From positions 193,496 to 257,495 of the forward strand of contig JAICWS010000004.1 in assembly GCA_025934695.1 (NCBI GenBank): a DNA stretch of 64,000 nt. The letters are read 5' to 3'. Shown piece after piece: positions 43,219-50,548 of this stretch (position 1 is its first letter; each line of letters starts with the position of its first letter). Made by a program: the position numbers and the translations under genes. A model generated the notes under the pieces. That model was not told where the DNA came from. It ran no database searches and saw nothing but the letters and a program-made list of their open reading frames with translations. The DNA comes from Alphaproteobacteria bacterium. Lineage in GTDB: Bacteria > Pseudomonadota > Alphaproteobacteria > Micavibrionales > UBA2020.

Positions 43219-43514
43219 GGCAGTCCTTCAACGCCGCCGCCGGAGGCGCGCCTTCGATGGTCCTGCTCGACGAGGCCGACAGGGCCAGTCCCGACGTCCT
43301 CAGGGAGTTACTCAAGATCATGGACGCGGGCATCCATAAGCCGGAGGTTGTCAGCGCACTTTCCGGCAACGCGCCTTACCTTCCGGGCTCCGAAGAAGTT
43401 GTGGCGGACGGGTGGAAGTCGCTCGACGATGTCGTGGCCGAGGCCACCGTCCTGCAATCCCCGCTCACCGTGGGCAGGCCGATCAGCTTCAAGAACCGGC
43501 TTGCGTTTTTCTGA
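43215..43514 (+). CDS. Small protein with an AAA+ Walker-B-like fragment
   Basis: 99 aa. 'MVLLDEADRASPDVLRELLKIMDAG'. Tail EATVLQSPLTVGRPISFKNRLAFF. Confidence 0.5.
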   Translation: MRQSFNAAAGGAPSMVLLDEADRASPDVLRELLKIMDAGIHKPEVVSALSGNAPYLPGSEEVVADGWKSLDDVVAEATVLQSPLTVGRPISFKNRLAFF

Positions 43515-43566
43515 CGCGAAAGCTTGGTTTAATTTTACATGATTTCAAGTCCATAGGGGTTTTTTA

Positions 43567-43595
43567 TTTTCAATAATCTTGTTTTCTGATATAAA
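43567..43595 (+). promoter_or_regulatory. Promoter-like TTTTCA-N17-TATAAA
   Basis: AT-rich region upstream of 43623. AAAGGG SD before the ATG. Confidence 0.3.
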
Positions 43596-43622
43596 AGATG
43601 GTCTGTCAGAGAAAGGGCCTGC

Positions 43623-44306
43623 ATGCAACTCGCGAACCGGATCGGCAATATCGAGCAGTCGAACGAGCAGGTCGACTTCGACCAGATCGAGCGCGATATC
43701 GGCCAGGAAATCGGCGAGGAAGCGGCGGTCGATGTGAACCCGTCACCGGCGCAGCAGGCGGCGCAGAACAAGGGGATCCCGAATGCGCCGCCCCCGACCA
43801 TTCCGCATTTCCTCGCCAGCCTCGCGCGCGGCAAAGTTTTTTCGAAGTTCACGGCGATGCAGCCGCCGCAGGCACAGGCGCGGCCCGTCGGGCTCCTGGG
43901 CCACCTGAAAGCCGCGATGGCGGCGATCGCCGAGCCGAAGCGCCCGCCGCAGGCGCCGCTGGAAAGCAAATTCGATCCGCGCCTGAACCGGCAGCCCGCG
44001 AACGACGCGAAGAAAAATCCGCAAGTCACGCCGACGCCCGTCGACCAGGACCAGCCGCGCGCCTCGCGCAGCCGCTTCGCGCGCACGGTCGACACGCTGA
44101 TGTCGCTGGGGGCGCTGCCCGCGCAGCTGCTCGTCGAGATCGGCCGCTTCCGCCACCAGAAGGAAAGCCGCTTCGGCTCCGCGCAGCGCCTCGAAAAAGG
44201 CCTGGCGCAGGGCGACGACGAAGCCCTCCGCATCGCGCAGGCCAATCCCGCGCTGGTGAAGAAAAAAGACCTCCAGCCGCCCGCGCCGACCGGTCCCGCG
44301 CTTTAG
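43623..44306 (+). CDS. Hypothetical, largely low-complexity (Pro/Gln/Ala-rich) protein
   Basis: 227-aa ORF with an SD. No recognisable domain. Confidence 0.5.
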   Translation: MQLANRIGNIEQSNEQVDFDQIERDIGQEIGEEAAVDVNPSPAQQAAQNKGIPNAPPPTIPHFLASLARGKVFSKFTAMQPPQAQARPVGLLGHLKAAMAAIAEPKRPPQAPLESKFDPRLNRQPANDAKKNPQVTPTPVDQDQPRASRSRFARTVDTLMSLGALPAQLLVEIGRFRHQKESRFGSAQRLEKGLAQGDDEALRIAQANPALVKKKDLQPPAPTGPAL

Positions 44307-44436
44307 GTTTTTCAACAGCAGCCTGCAAACGTACCGCATCGGATTTCACTACGCGTGGCTCTGATGACGTCGTTTCTATAATGGCAAACGCCTGCTGGAA
44401 AATGCCGGAGACACATGGCGTAATTTCGGAGGTAGG

Positions 44437-44610
44437 CAATTAGGTATAGTGTCCCCGGAATTCCCGCTGCGTCACATGATGCGGCACATGCGCCGCCACT
44501 ACTCTTGCCAGTCTTGCCATGGAGGGAAGTATACTTTGCGAGGGAGGGAGTCAATTAGGTATAGTGTCCCCGGAATTCGGGAATCAATTAGGTATAGTGT
44601 CCCCGGAATT
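44437..44610 (+). repeat. Three exact copies of a 26-bp direct repeat CAATTAGGTATAGTGTCCCCGGAATT
   Basis: Copies at 44437-44462, 44552-44577 and 44585-44610. The last two are separated by 7 nt. Confidence 0.9.
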
Positions 44611-44682
44611 AGTCCCTCAACTCCTACGTTGCCGACAAGGACGAGCGAGGTGACGTGGAATAAGCGTGTTCGGCCCAACCGG

Positions 44683-44883
44683 TCAATTTGAAGTCACTTG
44701 GGACTCTGATAAGGAGACAATCCTTCCCCGTAAAACTTCTGCTTCTAGTTCTGCCTGTAAATCGAACTGCTCAGGCTGTCCTTGATGCTGCGCTAAGACT
44801 TTTCCAGCATAGAAATAAACAGACCAGTTACCAACTTTCGCAGAGCTATTCGCGTCATGATATCTGCGGATGATCCTTGACAT
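44683..44883 (-). CDS. Hypothetical small protein (66 aa)
   Basis: ORF in the AT-richer island, last gene of the minus-strand string. No domain recognised. Confidence 0.3.
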   Translation of the reverse strand: MSRIIRRYHDANSSAKVGNWSVYFYAGKVLAQHQGQPEQFDLQAELEAEVLRGRIVSLSESQVTSN

Positions 44884-44912
44884 GTGAACTGTCCCGTCCA
44901 ATGCGCGACGTG

Positions 44913-45347
44913 CTATTTGTTATCGATTGTATTCAGGACGGTCGCGATTGCCTCTGAAATGCCGATTGTAAAAACGCCAGCATGTTGATCTGCCTGCCAA
45001 CGCTTATAGCTATCTTCAAAGTCCTTCTTTGGTCTAACATCGACAGCGATTAGATGGTCAACAGACGAGGCAAATGCCCGTTCATCGAAAGGCAAATAGT
45101 CGATTTCCGTCGGTCCTGATTGATCTGACTTGCTCGGCAGATCTATCACCGACACATGCACTACCGTATTCCCGTGCCACGATTCGACACGACCGATGAT
45201 GACTTTTGCCGTTGTCGGTGGTGATGCCTTTATCGACCACTCTTGGCCGGGTACAAACTCCATTTCTCGTCCATTCGGGGCGTCAGCATACGCCCACCTG
45301 GGTAAGGGCAATGCCAATAATAGTGCAACAAACGCCCATCTGATCAT
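44913..45347 (-). CDS. Hypothetical secreted protein (144 aa)
   Basis: Signal peptide MIRWAFVALLLALPLPRWAYA. ATGA-coupled to the upstream immunity-like gene. Confidence 0.6.
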   Translation of the reverse strand: MIRWAFVALLLALPLPRWAYADAPNGREMEFVPGQEWSIKASPPTTAKVIIGRVESWHGNTVVHVSVIDLPSKSDQSGPTEIDYLPFDERAFASSVDHLIAVDVRPKKDFEDSYKRWQADQHAGVFTIGISEAIATVLNTIDNK

Positions 45348-45628
45348 TGTTCCTCCAATAACTCGCGAATTGTTCGTAACAGCTTTAGTAGTGTTTGACT
45401 ATTGTTCGTAGAAATATCCGCAGGAGTGTTTCTCCATAATGCTTGAAGCTCATCGGCCCCATGCTCCCCAGTAAGGATTTCATCTAGGAATCTGCGGACC
45501 ACGCTCCTCTCTGTTTCGTTTAGCGCCTGAACGCCAATTCGAGCCGCATCCTCTAGCGATGTATGTATAAGGAATACATCCTGATGAAAGTAGGAGCACA
45601 GTTTATTAAATTCTTTCGGCGCGATCAT
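45344..45628 (-). CDS. CdiI-like contact-dependent-inhibition immunity protein
   Basis: 'FNKLCSYFHQDVF' resembles the 'YFHQDW' motif of CDI immunity families. ATG 45628 forms an ATGA overlap with the Rhs toxin stop. Confidence 0.6.
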   Translation of the reverse strand: MIAPKEFNKLCSYFHQDVFLIHTSLEDAARIGVQALNETERSVVRRFLDEILTGEHGADELQALWRNTPADISTNNSQTLLKLLRTIRELLEEQ

Positions 45629-47487
45629 TTGTCTATAGTTCCCGGCCAAGCTGATACAACAGAAAATCCATTTGCTGACTCTGGATTATGTCGAATTACA
45701 ACCCCGACTCCAAATGTAGTACGCTGCTCGCCGCTAGGATAGAGGACTTCGTATCCGGTGCTACTCAGGAAACTAGAGCCGACAAGCGCCTCTTTGAGTG
45801 TTCCGTTGGCAACTAGGGCTACGACTGCTGAGTTTTGGGAGAGGGCCGAGTTAACCAATTTGGTCGCAGACTGGAGAGAACAGAACGAGCTTGCTCGCTC
45901 AAGGTGCCAGCCATCATTATTAGCCGCCAGTAACCGGAGCCACAGGTATTCGCTGCTTTTTCCTACGTGCTCAGCGATGGTGTGTCCACCATTCGTTTCC
46001 TCTTCCAAAAGATCAATGCGATATCCTTGGAGAGGTGTGCGCAATTTACTCAAGCCCAACGGGTCGAAACCACTGACCGGATTTGCTCCATAGGAATATA
46101 AGTTGACGCCGCCAGCTTCTCCCATCGGATCTTTGTTAAGCCACCGGCCTGTCGCGGGATCGAAGGGCCGCGTCATTGAAAGGTTGAGGCTACTAATGGG
46201 GTGAGAGAACAATTCGGCATATTGATAATCTGTTGCCGTGCTTCCGTTACTACGAGTAACAGCCCCGTAAGGCGTGTAATCATACGATTGGACAAGATTT
46301 CCGGTCGTGGCGTCCAACACATCTCTGACCGCATCGAGTTGGTCCGGCATAAAGGTGACGTTCGGCGTCGGATTGATCGTGCTGGTATAGGTGATGCCGG
46401 TCACCTCATCATCCGCATCATAGCTGAATGTCTTCACCTGGCCCAGCGCGTCGGTCACGGACTTCAGGCGGCTGGTGCTGTTTTCGTAGGTGTAAGTCTC
46501 AGTCTTGGCCGAGGATGTGCCATAGGCGTAGATCTTGTCGATAGGGCGGCCTTCGATGTCGATGTCCCAATGCGTGATGTTGCCTTTCGCATCGGTGATT
46601 TCCTTCAGCTTGCCGTTTTCGTAATAGCTGTAGGAGGTCGTGCGCGTGGTGCTGCTGGTCAGCGGTTCGGTGACCGATGTGAGGCGCTGGTCGGCGTCAT
46701 AGCCATAGGTTGTCACGCGTCCCAGCCGGTCGGTGTATTTGCGCAGTTCCATGCTGGGCGTGCCGACATAAGGGCCGCTCTGGAAGTTATAGTCGAACAG
46801 GTCCGTCGTTGAGTCGGGATAGGTGATGGAGGTCACGCGGTCGAGGTTGTCGTAGGCATAGGTCAGCGTATAGCCCTGGCTGTCCGTGCGCGTCTGCACG
46901 CGGTCGTCAGCGTCATAGGTCAGCGTCAGCACCGTCTGGCTGTTGGCGTTGACGATGGTCGACAGGCGGTTGGAGGCGTCGTAGTTGTAGGTCGTCACGC
47001 CCGCGTTCGGGTCGGTCACCGTGTGCAACTGGCCGTTGGTCTGATACGTATAATTCCACGTCTTGGAATCGGCACCAGTATAGGTTTGCGGCTCGTGCTG
47101 GGTGTTATAGCTGCCATAGGTCGCAATCGTGTTGGAGTTCTGCTTCACCGTTAAAAGATCGTTGTGGTTCGCGGCATAGGCGAATGTCGTCGAGCGGCCC
47201 ACCGGGTCGGTGACTAACTGCGGCACCCAGGTGAAAGGTTGAACGGAAATCTGCTGAAGTGAGACAGACTGCGAAGCCCCGCTGTCGAGAAGGCGCGCAA
47301 CGTTTCTCGGCTGGTCGGGATAGCCGCCAGTATAGCCGCTGGGAGGCTGGTTCCAGTAGGAAAACCACAGGCGCTTTTCCAGCGGCGGCTTGATGCTGGC
47401 GACTTCGCGCCCGACCGTCAGGGTCGAGCCCGTGTTCGGGTCATGGTACCAGTGAATTGTTTTCGACTTGGTGAAATCTTCCGACAC
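45625..47487 (-). CDS. N-terminally truncated RHS-repeat protein with RNase A-like (CdiA-CT type) C-terminal toxin domain; orphan cassette
   Basis: YD/RHS repeats ('YTYD..DRV', 'YGYDADQRLTSVT'). Core end 'NLYSYGANPVSGFDPLGL'. Toxin region 'NGGHTIAEHVGKS..ASSF..A..LV..AL..N'. The frame is open only to the stop at 47608-47610 and the first canonical start is GTG 47487 with no SD. Confidence 0.75.
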   Translation of the reverse strand: MSEDFTKSKTIHWYHDPNTGSTLTVGREVASIKPPLEKRLWFSYWNQPPSGYTGGYPDQPRNVARLLDSGASQSVSLQQISVQPFTWVPQLVTDPVGRSTTFAYAANHNDLLTVKQNSNTIATYGSYNTQHEPQTYTGADSKTWNYTYQTNGQLHTVTDPNAGVTTYNYDASNRLSTIVNANSQTVLTLTYDADDRVQTRTDSQGYTLTYAYDNLDRVTSITYPDSTTDLFDYNFQSGPYVGTPSMELRKYTDRLGRVTTYGYDADQRLTSVTEPLTSSTTRTTSYSYYENGKLKEITDAKGNITHWDIDIEGRPIDKIYAYGTSSAKTETYTYENSTSRLKSVTDALGQVKTFSYDADDEVTGITYTSTINPTPNVTFMPDQLDAVRDVLDATTGNLVQSYDYTPYGAVTRSNGSTATDYQYAELFSHPISSLNLSMTRPFDPATGRWLNKDPMGEAGGVNLYSYGANPVSGFDPLGLSKLRTPLQGYRIDLLEEETNGGHTIAEHVGKSSEYLWLRLLAANNDGWHLERASSFCSLQSATKLVNSALSQNSAVVALVANGTLKEALVGSSFLSSTGYEVLYPSGEQRTTFGVGVVIRHNPESANGFSVVSAWPGTIDK

Positions 47488-47583
47488 GGGCGCGCCACAG
47501 GTGTTGGTCGCAACGCCCAGCGCGAAGGCATGCTTGTCCCAATAGTAGGAATTGCGCCATTGCAGGAGGCCATTATGTGCAAG

Positions 47584-47627
47584 GAATTGAGTGTTGTGTC
47601 CCCGGAATTAATAGTGTCACCGGAATT
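47584..47627 (+). repeat. Two degenerate copies of the 26-bp repeat (..GTGTCCCCGGAATT, ATAGTGTCACCGGAATT)
   Basis: 47584-47609 matches the 44.4-kb repeat at 20 of 26 positions. 47611-47627 matches its 3' 17 nt with 1 mismatch. Same orientation. Confidence 0.75.
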
Positions 47628-47640
47628 CTCCGAAATTAAA

Positions 47641-48591
47641 TCACTCTTCGTGGGGAGGCGACACAATTTCAATGGCGCCGCTAATCTCCCTATTTAATGC
47701 CGGCAATTCTGATTTAGCACACTCAAATATTTCAAAATCTAGTCCATCAATGTTCTTAACATATCTGGAACGATAATTTAATTTCACCATGGGAAGGTGA
47801 AATTTTGCCAATGGGGATTTTTTCACACTGAATAAAGCTCTCTGCTTTTCCTGATCTTCAGCTCCAAAATGTGGGAAATACAGAACTAATTCCTCACTAC
47901 TGTTCTCAGAAAGAAAGGCCTTAAATCCTGTTTTCGCAATCGAAGCAACTTCTGCATCTTCTACGAATTTGTACATCTTCTGCAGCCCCCATTGGAGGCC
48001 CTCATTCCGTCTATATTCGAGCCAAATTTCATTTTGTTCTTGGCTGTAGCCTAGTAATAATCCCTCCATTAATTCCAAGGTATCATCCCATTTCACTCTT
48101 CGAGAAATATCTTGAACAAGTCGGTACGCATTAATACGCCAAGCTTCCTTTGGAAGAGCACACATAAATGTTTGGATATCGTCAGAAAACTTCGCTATCG
48201 CCCAGCCTCTCTCGTCGGCCATTGGCACAAAATATTTATCTAAAATTTTCGCCATGGCAGCGGACGGATTCTCAAAAACGGAGAAAGGTTTTATTCCTTT
48301 TAACATCAAATCGAACTCGCGACCACCATGAATTCTATAAGGTAAATCGGACAACTCGTGTCTCAATCTGACTGGAAATTCTTTCCATGAACTCAACTCT
48401 GCGCCAGCTTCCTCCCACTCATCTACAATTTTCCGTTTTAGAGCGTGGCATGCATTCGCCGGCAACTGTCCCATTTCATCCCGTATGTCTTTAGGCAGCA
48501 TTTCTATTGGATATTTTTCCAAATATATTTCATGCAAAAGATATTCTGTTGTTTCGTCATATACATCGAGACTAAAAAATGAAAAAGGCAT
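47641..48591 (-). CDS. Hypothetical protein (316 aa) in a markedly AT-rich segment
   Basis: Long ORF whose composition is clearly different from flanking DNA. No domain recognised. Confidence 0.6.
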   Translation of the reverse strand: MPFSFFSLDVYDETTEYLLHEIYLEKYPIEMLPKDIRDEMGQLPANACHALKRKIVDEWEEAGAELSSWKEFPVRLRHELSDLPYRIHGGREFDLMLKGIKPFSVFENPSAAMAKILDKYFVPMADERGWAIAKFSDDIQTFMCALPKEAWRINAYRLVQDISRRVKWDDTLELMEGLLLGYSQEQNEIWLEYRRNEGLQWGLQKMYKFVEDAEVASIAKTGFKAFLSENSSEELVLYFPHFGAEDQEKQRALFSVKKSPLAKFHLPMVKLNYRSRYVKNIDGLDFEIFECAKSELPALNREISGAIEIVSPPHEE

Positions 48592-48781
48592 TTGATCCTA
48601 TCGAAGATATGGTGCCAAAATCGAATTTTGTACGGCACTTGGTAAGTCACTGATTCCCAAGAATTTAATGGCGCAGCTTCGGCATAAGTTTCTGCCCCCT
48701 ATCCGATACATGCCGGTAGTACCACGCGAACCACCCATTGTGCAAGAAGGCCCTTGACAGTTTATTGGGGTGACAACCGCA

Positions 48782-49054
48782 TCATTCGCTGCGGAAGTTA
48801 CGTTGGCGCATCGGCGGCGCGGGCGGCAGCGCGACCTGTTCAGGGTGTTTCACGGCCGCGACGGGCTCATCTTTTTTGCAGCCGTTGCAGGGTTTTGCTG
48901 TTTCCGTGGCGGTCGGCGTGTTGGCGGCGGTGACGGCGGCAGATACAGCGGCGTTGCTGGCGGGCGCGGCGGTATTCTGCGCGTTGACCGGCGTTGCCGA
49001 TACTGCAACCCAGGCCAGAACACCGGCGACGGTCATCCATCTCGCCGTGCGCAT
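48782..49054 (-). CDS. Possible small secreted protein
   Basis: MRTARWMTVAGVLAWVAVSATPVNA signal-like N-terminus. Weak SD. Start uncertain. Confidence 0.35.
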   Translation of the reverse strand: MRTARWMTVAGVLAWVAVSATPVNAQNTAAPASNAAVSAAVTAANTPTATETAKPCNGCKKDEPVAAVKHPEQVALPPAPPMRQRNFRSE

Positions 49055-49800
49055 AAAGATGCGGCTAAGCGAGAGAAAAGCCCGATGGGCCTGTTGTTGC
49101 GTATGCATGGAATGTCCCCGTCTTGAAAATCGCGCCGGAATGGCGCTGGAATGCCCTCGAAGAAAAACTGCCAGCCGCTCTCTCAGAAACCTGCCGACTG
49201 AAATTGATTCTCATTATTTCGGGGGCGGGAGATGAAAAAGGATGGATATCTCTCAAAGTAGTACCGGGCCGGTTAAAAAACCACTCACGGACGCTAATGA
49301 AGGGAGAAAGTGTAATTTGGCCGTTATCGATCTATCAGAAAACTTCTTGCCGATGGCAAGAATTTTGGACATACACTTGTATTCACTGAATCCGGGCTAT
49401 TCGGCTGGAATTAAAGAATTCCCGTGTGAGGTGCATTTTTTCCGATACCTCACAGGCTGGCGCGGAAGACGATCGAAAAAACCACCAAACATGCGGCGAG
49501 TTTTTTTGTCCAAAAATTTGCCATAGCAGGATTTGAACCGCACCAGATCGGCCAAGCCGGGGACGATTGTCTGGATGATTCGACTGCTTACAGAATAGCG
49601 TTGAGATTATAAAATTACCGCACCTCCGCGCAGCTTTATTACTCAAAAAATGCGCATCCATGCCGCGCGGGGCTGCGCGGCCTTCTCCACGACGGTTTTG
49701 ATTTTCGTAATGGCAGGCGCCGCATGGCGGCTTGCTGTACTTCTCGCAGCGGCCTACGATGAATTGACATTGCCGAATTCATTCGCAAAGGAAAGATCAT

Positions 49801-50529
49801 ATGCCCCAGCCCGCCATGAAAGCTTCCAATCCCGGCCGCCCCAGGTTGCTGCCGACCTCCGCGGCCGATGAAACCTTTGCCGGCATCACCTATCATCTCG
49901 ATGGCGAGCTTGTGCCGGTACTGACCGTCGAGGTCAAGCCCGACCAGCCGGTGTATTTCGAGCATCACATCATGTTGTGGAAGAACCCGACCGTGACCAT
50001 CGGCATGAAGGCTATGAAAGGCGCGTTCAAGCGCATGATGGCGGGCCTGCAGATTTTCGTGACCGAGGCCCGGGGCGACGGCATGATCGCCTTTTCCCGC
50101 GACGGCGTCGGCCACATCGTTCCCATTCACCTCGACCGCGGGCAGGAGGTGCATGTGCGCGAGCACCAGTTCCTCGCCGCGACCAAGCATATCGAATACA
50201 CCTTCCAGCGCGTGAAAGGCTTCTCCAACATGCTGCTGGGCGCGACCGGCTTCTTCATCGACAAGTTCCACTGCACCGAGGGCGACGGCATCGTCTGGCT
50301 GCACGGCTACGGCAACGTCTTCGAAAAGACGCTGGCCGACGGCGAGCAGATCGAGATCGAGCCGGGCGGATGGCTCTATAAGGATGCGAGCGTGAAGATG
50401 GAGACGAACCTCCAGAAAATCAGCGCCGGCATCTTCGCGACCGGCCTCGGCTTCGTCACCAACCGTTTCACCGGCCCGGGCCGCATCGGCTTGCAGTCGA
50501 TGTACATGCATATGCCGACGGAGGAATGA
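49801..50529 (+). CDS. AIM24 / TIGR00266 (DUF124) family protein
   Basis: 242 aa with family-typical beta-rich sequence ('GMIAFS..G.G.I..I.L..G....V......LA'). AAAGGAAAG SD. Confidence 0.8.
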   Translation: MPQPAMKASNPGRPRLLPTSAADETFAGITYHLDGELVPVLTVEVKPDQPVYFEHHIMLWKNPTVTIGMKAMKGAFKRMMAGLQIFVTEARGDGMIAFSRDGVGHIVPIHLDRGQEVHVREHQFLAATKHIEYTFQRVKGFSNMLLGATGFFIDKFHCTEGDGIVWLHGYGNVFEKTLADGEQIEIEPGGWLYKDASVKMETNLQKISAGIFATGLGFVTNRFTGPGRIGLQSMYMHMPTEE

Positions 50530-50548
50530 TCTTCGTTCGCTAAAAGGC

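Noticed and set aside
44437-44610. Possible mini-CRISPR array formed by the 26-bp exact repeats.
   Set aside because: There are only three copies with very unequal spacing (89 nt and 7 nt), no cas genes, and degenerate copies 3 kb away. This is more consistent with recombination or binding sites than with a CRISPR array.
49521-49560. tRNA-like fragment: the reverse complement reads GGTTCAAATCCTGCTATGG, a T-loop-like sequence. It could mark a tRNA gene or an island att site.
   Set aside because: The flanking bases do not form a T-stem (only 2 bp pair). No acceptor, D or anticodon arms can be drawn by hand, and there is no matching full tRNA in the window. At most it is a decayed remnant. tRNAscan-SE or ARAGORN would settle it.
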